DNA from: a virus
Virus record (IMG/VR): IMGVR_UViG_3300030098_002339
Span: 24,285-88,284 of that record
Direction: 5' to 3' (one strand)
DNA: 64,000 bases
Each line of letters opens with the position of its first letter. The stretch's first letter is position 1. The translations under genes and the position numbers were made by a program. The notes beneath the pieces were generated by a model, which saw only the letters and a program-made list of their open reading frames with translations, was not told where the DNA came from and did not search any database. This document shows, piece after piece, positions 27,930-38,302 of the stretch.

Positions 27930-28223
27930 ATGGCAAATGACATCTTTAATTACTGCGTAGCAACGAACACTGGAAAGGGTTTCATCACACATGATGATAG
28001 CCGAAGATTCTGGATTAGTGGCAATCCTGGTAATGTATGGGTTGCAACAGACTGTGTAGAATCAAGACATTGGATTGCAAGAAACAATGGTGTTTCTAAA
28101 ACTAAAGAAGAAGCACAAGCTATTGTAACAGCAGAAGTTGAAGCAGCACAAGCAGCTTGGGATGCTTTATCTGATGAAGAAAAAGCATTAACATCAAGAC
28201 CAGGCGACATAACTCTTCCCTAA
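27930..28223 (+). CDS. Hypothetical protein in propeller cassette
   Basis: Strong SD; between propeller genes. Confidence 0.75.
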   Translation: MANDIFNYCVATNTGKGFITHDDSRRFWISGNPGNVWVATDCVESRHWIARNNGVSKTKEEAQAIVTAEVEAAQAAWDALSDEEKALTSRPGDITLP

Positions 28224-28232
28224 AGGAATTAA

Positions 28233-30059
28233 ATGGCAACGTACCGAGAAATTAAAGGACTCACCGTTCCTTATTTAGATGCTGATTTACCTTCTGCTTC
28301 TGCAAGTACGCAAGAAGGACAGGTTTGGTATAACTCAGCTACAGGAAAGCTACGAGCTTTTATATCCTATAATACATGGGCTACATCTAGTGCTGCAAGT
28401 ACAGGTCGTGGAGAATTAGGTGGTACTGGACCTCAAACTGCTGCTTTTATATGTGGTGGTAGAAGTCCAACTGTAAGAGCACATACCGAACATTATAATG
28501 GTAGTGGCTGGTCAGAAGTTGCTGATCTTAATTCAGCTAGACATGCTTTAGCTGCTTTAGGTACGCAAACAGCAAGTTTAGCTTATGGTGGAGCATTTCC
28601 TGGAAGCACTGATTCGGATATATCGGAAGAGTTTGATGGTTCTTCTTGGTCAGAAGGAGACGATTTAAATACAGCAAGACAAGATTTAGGTGGTACTGGA
28701 GCTGGAACACAAACAGCTGGGTTAATGGCTGCGGGTAATGTTAAAGCAGGAGGTACTACTACCAAACAACTTTGTGAGTCTTACAATGGAACTAGCTGGT
28801 CAGAAGAATCTGATTTAGGAACAGCTAGATATTATACGGGAATTATTGGAGCACAAGATGCTGCTCTTTGTGTATCAGGAGGTCCTGCACCTGCACCAGA
28901 TGTAACTGTTAATGTAGAATCTTGGAATGGTTCATCATGGACAGAAACTACAAATGTAAATACAGGAAAAGCTCAAGGAGCTTCTTTTGGAACACAAACT
29001 CATGCAATTAATGCAGGTGGTGATAATCCAGGTCCTTCTGAACTTAATGCAGAAGAATGGGATGGCACTTCTTGGACAGAAACGACTAACATATCCTCAG
29101 AAAAAAAATACCATACAGCTGGAGGAAGTGGAACAGCAGGAGCTCATTTAGCTGGTTACGATATGAGTAATTATGTAGGTACAACAGAAGAATGGAACAA
29201 ATCAATTTTAACCTATACCCCTGCAGCATGGGCAAGTGGTGGAAATTATGGACAATCTTTAAAAGGAGTTGGTGGAGCAGGAACTCAAACTGCTGGACTT
29301 GGATTTGGAGGTCAACCTCCCACTAAAGCTGAAACTTATGAATACGATGGTACGGCTTGGACAGAAACAAATGATTTAAATACAGCAAGATATAATACAC
29401 AAGGAACTGGAACTCAAACTGCAGGATTAGCAGCTGGAGGATATGATGCTCCAAATCGTAAAGACGAAGTAGAAGAATATAATGGTTCTACTTGGAGTGA
29501 ACAAAATGATATACCTGCTGCTACATATAATGCGGGTATGGCTGGAACTCAAACTTCAGCTCTTTTCTTTGCAGGTAATAGTCCAGCTGGAGGAAGTACT
29601 GCTGAAACTTATGAATATGACGGCACAAATTGGACTGATGGTGGAGATTTAAGTACAGCTAAAAATGCTAACACAGGATGTGGAACACAAACAGCAGGAT
29701 TATCAATGTTTGGAGAACCTGGTGTATCTAGTGAAGAATATAATGGAACAGCTTGGACAGCTGGAGGAAATGGGAATATTGAACGATATGGTTTAGCTGG
29801 ATGGGGAATCCAAACGGCAGCTGGAGTAGCTGGTGGTTATGGACCTGGATACTCAAGTCTTTCTGAACTTTATGATGGGACCTCTTGGTCAACAAATGCC
29901 TCTTTAAGTACAGCAAGAAGTGCGATAGGAACAGCAAGAAATTCAACACAAGAAGCTGGATTAGTATTTGGAGGATCAAGACCAGCTAATAGTGATGCAA
30001 CAGAAGAATTTACAGGTGTAACAACAGCCGCAGAAGCTGCTGATATTGACTTTGACTAA
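28233..30059 (+). CDS. Kelch-like beta-propeller tail protein 3 (two propellers)
   Basis: Same repeats and GQVWYN N-anchor. Confidence 0.8.
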   Translation: MATYREIKGLTVPYLDADLPSASASTQEGQVWYNSATGKLRAFISYNTWATSSAASTGRGELGGTGPQTAAFICGGRSPTVRAHTEHYNGSGWSEVADLNSARHALAALGTQTASLAYGGAFPGSTDSDISEEFDGSSWSEGDDLNTARQDLGGTGAGTQTAGLMAAGNVKAGGTTTKQLCESYNGTSWSEESDLGTARYYTGIIGAQDAALCVSGGPAPAPDVTVNVESWNGSSWTETTNVNTGKAQGASFGTQTHAINAGGDNPGPSELNAEEWDGTSWTETTNISSEKKYHTAGGSGTAGAHLAGYDMSNYVGTTEEWNKSILTYTPAAWASGGNYGQSLKGVGGAGTQTAGLGFGGQPPTKAETYEYDGTAWTETNDLNTARYNTQGTGTQTAGLAAGGYDAPNRKDEVEEYNGSTWSEQNDIPAATYNAGMAGTQTSALFFAGNSPAGGSTAETYEYDGTNWTDGGDLSTAKNANTGCGTQTAGLSMFGEPGVSSEEYNGTAWTAGGNGNIERYGLAGWGIQTAAGVAGGYGPGYSSLSELYDGTSWSTNASLSTARSAIGTARNSTQEAGLVFGGSRPANSDATEEFTGVTTAAEAADIDFD

Positions 30060-30080
30060 TATTTAAAAAAAGAGTATAAA
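30052..30080 (+). promoter_or_regulatory. Sigma70-like promoter of modification cassette
   Basis: TTGACT-N17-TATAAA, 8 nt before an ATG with no SD (possibly leaderless). Confidence 0.6.
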
Positions 30081-30088
30081 ACCTCTAT

Positions 30089-30775
30089 ATGAAAGAGAAA
30101 AGAAACATACACGAACTTATTGTAAAAGAAGAACCTCATCTTCATGAAATATTAGATCCTGCACAAGTTGCTAAATTTAAAGAATTAACAAACGAACTTA
30201 GAGATACCTGGACAAAGAAACAAATGTTCAGAACAAAAACAGAGATGGAATTTTCTGTTTTAAATGATGCTAAATATCCAACCAATGCTGCTAAGTATTG
30301 GCAATGTGTGAGAGAACAAAATACTCACATGGAAAACTTAATGCATTTATCCTTTGATGCTCGTAAAAATGATATTGAAATAAAACAAAAATTAAAAGAA
30401 CTAGAAGAAGAAAAAGACGAATTAAAAAAAGAACTCATACAAGTAGAAATAGATGAAAAAACTTATAGTAAAGCTAGTATGCAACTTGTTGCAGCTCATC
30501 GTATGAGAGAAGTTACTGAATGGTCTAACTTTAAAAAGATTTATAATGATGGTACTTTTGATGATAAGAATGTAGATACACACCAACTATTATCATACAA
30601 AAAGATCATGAAGAATAGAAAGAATACATTAACTCCTGGATCTTCACAACCTGAAGTCTTTAATGTATTAGGTCAATTGCAAACAATTGAACGGGTGGAA
30701 GAAGAACGAAAAGCCCTTGGACACGAAAAGAAAAAGGCTATAAGTGAAACACCTAAATACGGAAAACAAGGCTAA
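30089..30775 (+). CDS. Coiled-coil protein (fibre-assembly chaperone candidate)
   Basis: YPTNAAKYWQCVREQ plus coiled coil; function inferred from context. Confidence 0.6.
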   Translation: MKEKRNIHELIVKEEPHLHEILDPAQVAKFKELTNELRDTWTKKQMFRTKTEMEFSVLNDAKYPTNAAKYWQCVREQNTHMENLMHLSFDARKNDIEIKQKLKELEEEKDELKKELIQVEIDEKTYSKASMQLVAAHRMREVTEWSNFKKIYNDGTFDDKNVDTHQLLSYKKIMKNRKNTLTPGSSQPEVFNVLGQLQTIERVEEERKALGHEKKKAISETPKYGKQG

Positions 30776-31538
30776 ACAAATCTACTTTCTTTGTGCGATG
30801 CCAAGATCAGGGAATACCTTATTTGCATCACTCATGAATCAAAATCCAGAGATTGCTGTTACCGCCAATAGTATCACCTTGGAAATTATGAAAGATTTAT
30901 TTCTTCTTAAAAAAATAGATGCCTTTCAAAATTTTCCTGATGAACAATCTTTAGATAATGTTATGGATGAAGTTTATAATCTTTATTATAAACATTGGAA
31001 TTATAAAGTTATTATTGATCGAGGACCTGTTTGTACATCTAGCAATCTAAAGATCATGCAAAAACATTTTAAACAACCTATACGATGTATTGTATTAGTT
31101 AGAGATTTATTAGATGTTTTAGCTTCTTATATTAAATGGTTTGAAACTGAGCCAACTGCTTTTTTAAATCAATTAAAAACAATAGATGAAAAATTAAGTC
31201 GACTTATGCACAAGTATGGAGCAATAGCAAAAGGACTTTTATCTATTCAGTATTTACTTCAGCATCCTGAGATGGCTGTGTTTATTAAGTATGATGATTT
31301 AGTTGTTAATCCAGAACAAGAATTAAGAAAAGTCTACACTTTTTTAAATCTCCCCTATTTTCCGCATAAGTTTATTGATCTAGATCAAATTACCGTGAAT
31401 GGTTTACAATATAATGATAGTATTACAGGTAAAAATATGCACACCATTAGAACACAAAATGTTCACAAGGTTGATAATCCATATAAGAATATGATACCAG
31501 AGAGATTTATTAAGGAATATGGACACATCCGATTTTAA
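30744..31538 (+). CDS. Sulfotransferase-family protein
   Basis: MPRSGNTL PAPS loop, LVRD...VLAS, KYDDLV.NP. Confidence 0.85.
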   Translation: MKHLNTENKAKQIYFLCAMPRSGNTLFASLMNQNPEIAVTANSITLEIMKDLFLLKKIDAFQNFPDEQSLDNVMDEVYNLYYKHWNYKVIIDRGPVCTSSNLKIMQKHFKQPIRCIVLVRDLLDVLASYIKWFETEPTAFLNQLKTIDEKLSRLMHKYGAIAKGLLSIQYLLQHPEMAVFIKYDDLVVNPEQELRKVYTFLNLPYFPHKFIDLDQITVNGLQYNDSITGKNMHTIRTQNVHKVDNPYKNMIPERFIKEYGHIRF

Positions 31539-32178
31539 ATTTATCTGGTTAGGGCAAACTATTTTAAGATATAAAGTTCCTTTAGATGTTTTTAATACTC
31601 TTAATGGAATTTACGAAACTAATTTTGTTAATCTTCCTGATGCTCATAAACAACTTGTGGGGAAAATAAGAAAAGAAAATTCTTTGTTTTTTGGTGGTGC
31701 TCCCAATAATAAAATGCACCGACATAATTTACTTCCTCCTTATGTTTTAAATTGGTTTGAAAGTAAATTTAGACATTATTTAGATTTTAATAAAATACAT
31801 CCTTATACACTTCATATGAACTCTATATGGATTAATGAGATGAAAGCAGGAGAATACAATCCTATTCATATTCATCAAGGCACGATTTATACAGGACTTT
31901 CATCAGTCATGATGCTTAAACTTCCTAAAGATATGGGTCCTGAATATGCAAGACCTGATACTCCTTTAAATGGTAAGTTACAAATCGTAGGTGCAGCTAA
32001 TGGTCAATTTGTAAAATCTGACTATTCACCTATTGCAGAAGAAAGAGATTTTTATATTTTTCCTTATGACATGAGGCATTGTGTTTATCCTCATACCAAT
32101 CCTAATGCCATAAGACGCACACTTGCAGCCAACATGGATGTAGAGTATAACCCTGTTAGTACAAGGACAGCAGGATGA
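31519..32178 (+). CDS. Putative 2OG-Fe(II) oxygenase
   Basis: WINEMKAGEYNPIHIH...HCVYP...RRTLA. Confidence 0.8.
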   Translation: MDTSDFKFIWLGQTILRYKVPLDVFNTLNGIYETNFVNLPDAHKQLVGKIRKENSLFFGGAPNNKMHRHNLLPPYVLNWFESKFRHYLDFNKIHPYTLHMNSIWINEMKAGEYNPIHIHQGTIYTGLSSVMMLKLPKDMGPEYARPDTPLNGKLQIVGAANGQFVKSDYSPIAEERDFYIFPYDMRHCVYPHTNPNAIRRTLAANMDVEYNPVSTRTAG

Positions 32179-32759
32179 TACCTACAGAACCTACTTGGAG
32201 AAGTTATATAGCTGAAACAACTCAGCCTATCTTTTCACCTAAACAATGCCAGATGGTTATTGATAAGGGCATGAGTTTAAAAAAAGAAACAGCTGCAGTA
32301 GGTATGGGTAATCCCAAAGGAAGTGGTATTGATCCTGACAAAAGAATTACAACAATTAGTTGGATTCCTTTTAAAGAAATGCCAGAGATGTATCGTGATA
32401 TTGAAAAGACTATGCTTCAAGCAAACAATAATCACTTTGGTTTTGAAGGAATGCGATTAACTGAACCTGGACAATTTACACATTATCTTACAGGTGGATT
32501 TTATGAATGGCATATGGATAATGATGTAGTAGGAAAACATCAGCCTCCTGTTCGTAAAATCTCAATGACACTTCTGTTATCTGATCCTTCTACCTTTGAA
32601 GGTGGTGAATTAGAGTTTATGAGTAAAGGTAAGACTGCAAAGTTAAAACAAGGTCAAGCTATTTTCTTTGCGAGTTGGTTACAGCACCGAGTTAAACCCG
32701 TTACTAGAGGTGAGAGAAAATCTTTAGTCATGTGGTTTGGAGGTCCTTCCTTTAAATGA
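32175..32759 (+). CDS. Prolyl-4-hydroxylase-like 2OG-Fe(II) oxygenase
   Basis: YEWHMD, RKIS, FEGGEL, HRVKPVTRGERKSLVMW. Confidence 0.88.
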   Translation: MIPTEPTWRSYIAETTQPIFSPKQCQMVIDKGMSLKKETAAVGMGNPKGSGIDPDKRITTISWIPFKEMPEMYRDIEKTMLQANNNHFGFEGMRLTEPGQFTHYLTGGFYEWHMDNDVVGKHQPPVRKISMTLLLSDPSTFEGGELEFMSKGKTAKLKQGQAIFFASWLQHRVKPVTRGERKSLVMWFGGPSFK

Positions 32760-33337
32760 TTACTGAGCATCATTTTCCAACAATCATTTATATTAAAGAT
32801 CTACCGAATGCTCTTCAGTTGAATCAATATTTAGAACAAAAGATTATTCAATGGAGCCAACAGGATAAAGGCGAACAAAAAACTAATGCAGGTGGATGGC
32901 ATAGTAAAACGGATATGAATAAAAAAGAAGAATACAATCCGTTAACAAAAGAACTCTTTAATATGCAAGATGAGATTTATCAAAAAGAGCATTTGTCTTT
33001 AAAACCTGTACTTGGAAATATGTGGGCAAATATTAATTATCCAAAATGTTTTAATAGACCTCATATTCATCCTAACTCATTATTCTCAGGTGTTTATTTT
33101 ATTAAGACTCCTCAAAAATCTGGTAATTTGATGGTATACGATCCAAGACCAGGAGTTCAAATGGCAATGCCTAGTCGTAAAAAGGGAGATCTTCCTCCTG
33201 CATCGTGGAGAGAAGTACATTACGAACCTGTTGCAGGAAGATGTATTATGTTTCCTTCTTGGTTATGGCATGAAGTAAAACCTAATGAAAGTAATGATAT
33301 AAGAATATCTGTATCGTTTAATTTTTTACAACGATGA
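32756..33337 (+). CDS. TIGR02466-like 2OG-Fe(II) oxygenase
   Basis: WANIN...HIHP...SGVYF...FPSWL.HEV...RISVSFN. Confidence 0.85.
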   Translation: MITEHHFPTIIYIKDLPNALQLNQYLEQKIIQWSQQDKGEQKTNAGGWHSKTDMNKKEEYNPLTKELFNMQDEIYQKEHLSLKPVLGNMWANINYPKCFNRPHIHPNSLFSGVYFIKTPQKSGNLMVYDPRPGVQMAMPSRKKGDLPPASWREVHYEPVAGRCIMFPSWLWHEVKPNESNDIRISVSFNFLQR

Positions 33338-33978
33338 GTTTCAAAGAAAAGAAATATGAAGTTATTCCCAATGCTATTTCTTACGAACTCGCTAATTTTG
33401 CTTTTAATTACTTTTTACTTAAAAGAGATGCTGTAAACTGGATGTATCAGAATAATTACATATCAGAATTTACACCAGGATTTGGTACTTGGAAAGATAA
33501 ACAAATTCCTAATACCTATTCCTGTTATGGTGATTTTTTCATGGAAACTTTAATGATGAAAGTATTACCTATTATGCAAAAGTTTACAGGTTTAAATGTT
33601 ATACCAACGTATACTTATACTAGAGCATATAAAAAGGGAGATATTTTAAAAAGGCATAAGGATAGACCTAGCTGTGAAATATCCACAACCTTACATTTAG
33701 GTGGAGAACCTTGGTCTATTTATATAGATCCTACGGGATCTAATAACGTGATTGATGAATATAAAAATATTCATAAACCTAATGCTCCTAAAGGAGTACC
33801 CGTTGATCTTAACGTAGGAGATATGTTAATATATAGCGGATGTGATTTAGAACATTGGAGAGAACCTTTTGAAGGTAATGTCTGTGTTCAAACATTTCTT
33901 CATTATAATAATGCAGATGGAAAATTTGCTTATAATAATAAATTTGATAAACGACCAATGTTAGGAATACCAAAATGA
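33334..33978 (+). CDS. Putative 2OG-Fe(II) oxygenase
   Basis: L.RHKDRPSCEISTT...GC.LEHWRE. Confidence 0.8.
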   Translation: MSFKEKKYEVIPNAISYELANFAFNYFLLKRDAVNWMYQNNYISEFTPGFGTWKDKQIPNTYSCYGDFFMETLMMKVLPIMQKFTGLNVIPTYTYTRAYKKGDILKRHKDRPSCEISTTLHLGGEPWSIYIDPTGSNNVIDEYKNIHKPNAPKGVPVDLNVGDMLIYSGCDLEHWREPFEGNVCVQTFLHYNNADGKFAYNNKFDKRPMLGIPK

Positions 33979-34205
33979 AACAATTACTATTAGCACTACA
34001 AAGACAATACGAAGCTAAAATATTAGAAGCAGATTATCAGATTAAGCATTATAGTTCTCATAATTTAGCTGTTAATGCTCATTCAGATATTATAAATGAA
34101 CTTGATAAATGGGTAGATCGTAAAGCCTTTTATGAAGGTAAGTTAAAACAAGTTATAACTTATATGCCTAAAGAAGATAAGAAAGATAAAAAGGATGGCA
34201 AATAA
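33975..34205 (+). CDS. Hypothetical protein
   Basis: ATGA coupling. Confidence 0.65.
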   Translation: MKQLLLALQRQYEAKILEADYQIKHYSSHNLAVNAHSDIINELDKWVDRKAFYEGKLKQVITYMPKEDKKDKKDGK

Positions 34206-34521
34206 TTATAAATTCACTGGTGTAGCATTAGCTACAACTTCTGAAACAACTTTATTAACAGCAGCAGCTGATACTACAGTTGTTATAAGATCTATTAGAG
34301 TTACTAATAATACTTCTAATACACCGACTATCTCATTAGATTTATCTGATGATTCAGCAAGTACTGAGTATACAATATTAAAAACTCAAACACTTGCAGC
34401 TAATACAGGTGTAGAATTATTATCAGTACCTTTAGTCCTAGAAGAATCTGATGCACTAAAAGCAACAATGAGTTCAACAGATTCAACACATATAGGAATA
34501 AGTTACTTAGTAATTTCGTGA
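34195..34521 (+). CDS. Small beta-rich virion protein
   Basis: IRVTN...PLVLEESDALK pattern. Confidence 0.65.
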   Translation: MANNYKFTGVALATTSETTLLTAAADTTVVIRSIRVTNNTSNTPTISLDLSDDSASTEYTILKTQTLAANTGVELLSVPLVLEESDALKATMSSTDSTHIGISYLVIS

Positions 34522-34952
34522 TCCAATTAATTAACATACCAACCAAAAGTGTTGATGAGGCTTGGGGGGTAGTTAGAACCGATATAGCCAATGCTTTAAC
34601 ACGTTCTAACGGATATGCTTTATCAGAGCATATTAAGAAATGGATTATAGAAGAAAAGATGCAGCTCTGGATTCTTTGGGATCAAGAAGCTGACAAAGAA
34701 AAGTATTACGGAGTTGTTGTAACTGAAGTAATACAACGACCATTACAACGATGCCTGAATATTAAAATAATGACAGGAAGACATCGTGAGAAATGGCAAC
34801 ATTTAATCAAACATATAGAAGACTTTGCTTGGCAACAAAATTGCGATTTACTCGAATTAGTTGCTAGACCTGGGTGGAAGAAAATTCTGAAACCCTTTGG
34901 TTATAAAGAAAGTCATGTATTGTTAGAAAAGAAAAAAAAGGAGAATAAATAA
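34518..34952 (+). CDS. GNAT-like protein preceding ejection genes
   Basis: IEDFA....CD.LE..ARPGWKKILK..GY. Confidence 0.65.
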   Translation: MIQLINIPTKSVDEAWGVVRTDIANALTRSNGYALSEHIKKWIIEEKMQLWILWDQEADKEKYYGVVVTEVIQRPLQRCLNIKIMTGRHREKWQHLIKHIEDFAWQQNCDLLELVARPGWKKILKPFGYKESHVLLEKKKKENK

Positions 34953-34953
34953 T

Positions 34954-35688
34954 ATGTCAATCGGAGGCGGAGGAAGTGGCGGTGGAACACAAACTACTGT
35001 AGCTTCTACACAACCATATGGTCCAGCGGAACCTGCTTTAGGGCAGATTCTGTCTGAAGCACAAACTATATATGGGCAAGGTCCAGCAGCAGCTGGATAT
35101 GTTGCTCCTACAACTCAAACCCTAGAAGGTATAGCAGCTCAAGAACAAATAGCTAATGCTGCTAATCAGCAAATATTAGGTACTATTCAAGGTCAGTATA
35201 CGAATCCTTTTTTATCTCCTTTGATCGCACAATCTGCTCAAGATGTGTATTCTAATGTAGCTGGACAATTTTCTGGTATGGGTAGAACACCAACAAGTCC
35301 AATGGCACAACAGGCTGTTATAGGTCAAGTTGCACAAAAAGCATTACCTTATGCATTTGGTCAATTAGAACGAGAACGAGCAAGACAACTTCAAACAGCT
35401 CAAAGAGTACCAAGTTTAACTGCTGTTGGCGGACAATTAGAAGATATACAAAGACAACAACAAATGGCTCCAAGTGATGCGTTAGCTCAATATTATAATG
35501 TTGCAGCTCCCATTGCTTTTGGGCTACCAACACAAAACGTACAAAATCAACTACCAGACGCTAACCCAATAACTATGGCTGCAGGCGGAGCAATGACAGG
35601 AGCAGCTTTAGGATCTATGTTTCCTATGGGAGGAGGCATGGGTGCACTTATTGGTGGCGGTATGGGATTATTAGGAGGATTATTATAA
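34954..35688 (+). CDS. Ejection/DNA-transfer protein candidate
   Basis: Gly-rich ends, Gln/Ala-rich core. Confidence 0.7.
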   Translation: MSIGGGGSGGGTQTTVASTQPYGPAEPALGQILSEAQTIYGQGPAAAGYVAPTTQTLEGIAAQEQIANAANQQILGTIQGQYTNPFLSPLIAQSAQDVYSNVAGQFSGMGRTPTSPMAQQAVIGQVAQKALPYAFGQLERERARQLQTAQRVPSLTAVGGQLEDIQRQQQMAPSDALAQYYNVAAPIAFGLPTQNVQNQLPDANPITMAAGGAMTGAALGSMFPMGGGMGALIGGGMGLLGGLL

Positions 35689-35786
35689 TGGATAAATTTT
35701 TAGACACAATAGAACATTACTGGACTAATCACAAAAAAGCTGTGATTATAGTTGCAGTAATAATCGTATTAGCAATCATAGCGTAA
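35688..35786 (+). CDS. 32-aa membrane peptide (not in ORF track)
   Basis: AGGAGG SD, TAATG coupling, hydrophobic C-terminus. Confidence 0.55.
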   Translation: MDKFLDTIEHYWTNHKKAVIIVAVIIVLAIIA

Positions 35787-35797
35787 GGAGAATATAA

Positions 35798-36736
35798 ATG
35801 TCAGGAGGCGGAGGCGGCAACGGCAATGGCGGAGGCGGAGGACCACCAGGTGGTGGTGATCCAGGAATGTCTTATTCAGCTCCAACAGGTCGTCAAGATA
35901 GAGAAGGAGCTGCATCATCTCAAACATATTCAGCACCAGATAGAGGTGGACCTCCAGGAGGAGGAGATCCAGGTATGACTTATACTGCACCTGCTCCAAC
36001 ACCAGATAGAAATACATATGATGAGTGGGCTACAGTTATTGATACACCTGAAGTTATACCTACTGTTACATCTGAAAATGTATCTAAAGAACCTGTGTAT
36101 GCTGATAGAATCCAAAGAATATCTACTGGAGAAGAACCTGGTTATAGAGCACAAGATTCTCAACCTTTTGGTTTAAGTAAAGAAGAGGCATATAGACAAG
36201 GTAAAATTACAGTAGATCAAAGAGATGCTGATCCTGTATTAACAGCACCAGAAGAAAGAGATTTAACAAGAGATTTAACCTTTGCAGAGCATTGGAATTT
36301 AGCACCAGACGCTTTAAAATATTCACCTACCCTTAGACTATTATGGGCTACAGGTGCAAATTTAGGAGAATGGTCTAAAAGACAAGGTGCTAATGTTTGG
36401 GATTGGGGAACAGGAGAATCTAATATTTCACCTGCTCCTGATAGAGGAGATGGACAAGGTGCAACAGGTGCAGTATCTGCAGCACAATCTAATTACATAA
36501 CTTCTGGACAAACATCTCCAAGTAATTCTGTTGCTGCTAATTGGTATCAAAGTTTAGGAACAGGAAGTGCATCAGGTAATAGTGGTGCATTTAATCTAGC
36601 TTCTGAATATGCAGCTGCACAACAAAAAGTAAAACAAACACTAGGAACACCTAGTGCTGTAGGAATGTTAGCTGTAAATGATAGTCCATTTTTTGACTTC
36701 TTACAGAAACATAATTTGACAAAAGGAATATTATAA
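35798..36736 (+). CDS. Gly/Pro-rich internal virion protein candidate
   Basis: GGPPGGGDPGM(S/T)Y(S/T)AP twice; AAGGAG SD. Confidence 0.65.
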   Translation: MSGGGGGNGNGGGGGPPGGGDPGMSYSAPTGRQDREGAASSQTYSAPDRGGPPGGGDPGMTYTAPAPTPDRNTYDEWATVIDTPEVIPTVTSENVSKEPVYADRIQRISTGEEPGYRAQDSQPFGLSKEEAYRQGKITVDQRDADPVLTAPEERDLTRDLTFAEHWNLAPDALKYSPTLRLLWATGANLGEWSKRQGANVWDWGTGESNISPAPDRGDGQGATGAVSAAQSNYITSGQTSPSNSVAANWYQSLGTGSASGNSGAFNLASEYAAAQQKVKQTLGTPSAVGMLAVNDSPFFDFLQKHNLTKGIL

Positions 36737-36737
36737 T

Positions 36738-37796
36738 ATGGGAATGTTCGATATATTCGCAAATTGGGGTATGCAAAACCCTGATGAAAGAAAGAAATCT
36801 TTAGAAGAAATTGCTAGAGGTTCACAATATGGTACAGGTTTACAAAACAAAAGTGATTTTAAAGATAGTTCTAGTTTAGTTTCTAGATATAATTTAAGAG
36901 ATAGACAAAATCCAAATGTTGTACCTATGCAAAAAAAACAATCAATTTACCCAGATGCCATAACAACAGGTGGTCAAGGAACTCAACAAGGTGATATAGG
37001 ATTTTTACAAAGACTCTCTAATTTAGCTGGAGTAGATATGGATAAAGCTGCAGCAATGTGGAAAGACAAAGGTGGCTTTGAAGGACTAATGTCTAATCCT
37101 GCCTTTACTATGGGCTTAGCATTTATGCAAGCTGGAGCTAATGGTAAAACTTTAGGTCAAGATGCACTAAACAATGTTGTTAAAGCAGCAGGAATATCTG
37201 CTGAATTTAAAGATAGAATAGCAGCTAGAAAACAAGCACCTATACAAGCTACTGCTGGAGATATAGCAGAAGTTAAAGATTTACTTCAAACTATGAAAAT
37301 AGACGAACCTAATATGTGGGAAAAAGCATTTGGTTGGATTAAAGGTGATAATGTTACTGCTAAATATGATGAAGCAGCTGAACAAATTGCTGTTGAATAT
37401 CAAAAAGAAATTGCAATACTTCAGAAAAATAATAAATCGGGTAAACCACTTGTTATTGATACACCTTTAAAGAAAAGAATTATTAAAAAAGTTCTTAAAT
37501 CAGGTAAAATTAAACATAAAAAAGGATGGTTTGGTCCAGTAACTAAAGGTACTATACAAGGTACATCTGAAGATCCTTTTAAAGCAAGAGGTGGTCCAGT
37601 TAAAGCTAATAAAGCCTACATTGTAGGAGAAGAAGGACCAGAAATTATGATAGCTAAATCATCAGGTAAAGTATTATCTAACGATGATTCACAAATATTT
37701 GCTATGCTATTAGCAGCAAACCCACAATTACAAAAAGTATCTAAAGCGAGAGCTGAGAAGATTATGAGATCTCGTTTCCCTGAATACTTTGAATAG
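36738..37796 (+). CDS. Internal virion/ejection protein candidate
   Basis: C-terminal RGGPV....YIVGEEGPE motif. Confidence 0.65.
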   Translation: MGMFDIFANWGMQNPDERKKSLEEIARGSQYGTGLQNKSDFKDSSSLVSRYNLRDRQNPNVVPMQKKQSIYPDAITTGGQGTQQGDIGFLQRLSNLAGVDMDKAAAMWKDKGGFEGLMSNPAFTMGLAFMQAGANGKTLGQDALNNVVKAAGISAEFKDRIAARKQAPIQATAGDIAEVKDLLQTMKIDEPNMWEKAFGWIKGDNVTAKYDEAAEQIAVEYQKEIAILQKNNKSGKPLVIDTPLKKRIIKKVLKSGKIKHKKGWFGPVTKGTIQGTSEDPFKARGGPVKANKAYIVGEEGPEIMIAKSSGKVLSNDDSQIFAMLLAANPQLQKVSKARAEKIMRSRFPEYFE

Positions 37797-37804
37797 GAGA
37801 CATA

Positions 37805-38302
37805 ATGATTAAAATATTCCATCCCAGAGGACTGAAAGAACTTATCTGGAAAGCAGGAAGAACTACTGAAACAGTAGCTTTTAAAAGATTAATTAAAAAA
37901 CATCCTAAGCAAGGCATTAGAGCATTTACAATTGCTCAACGCAAAGGATTAAAAAAAGTTCAAGCTCTTGGTAAAAGACATGGAGTTGAAGGACTTGGTG
38001 TATCTTTAAGAGGAAAAAGAGTTAAACCTTCTAGATATAAACCCACACATTTTGATGATCCTAATAAGGCTTATGCTGATCTACATCAAATTAAAGGTAG
38101 AGCTTCAGCAGAAGCTAAAGAAACATTACATGGATGGGGATTTAGACCAAGAAATCCTAAATTTTACAAAGTTTCAGAAAGAAGAATAGATCCTTTAACA
38201 GGAAGAGCTTCTCTTGTTAGAGTTCGTAAAGGACCACAATATATAAAACATAAAAATTTATCTGCTTGGATCAAAAGTGGTAGAAAAACTTATAAAGATT
38301 AA
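37805..38302 (+). CDS. Basic hypothetical protein
   Basis: AGGAG SD; Lys/Arg-rich. Confidence 0.65.
   Translation: MIKIFHPRGLKELIWKAGRTTETVAFKRLIKKHPKQGIRAFTIAQRKGLKKVQALGKRHGVEGLGVSLRGKRVKPSRYKPTHFDDPNKAYADLHQIKGRASAEAKETLHGWGFRPRNPKFYKVSERRIDPLTGRASLVRVRKGPQYIKHKNLSAWIKSGRKTYKD

Noticed and set aside
25132-30059. Diversity-generating retroelement or CRISPR array
   Set aside because: Repeats are degenerate protein-level blades; no reverse transcriptase, no adenine-specific TR/VR pair and no repeat-spacer array seen.
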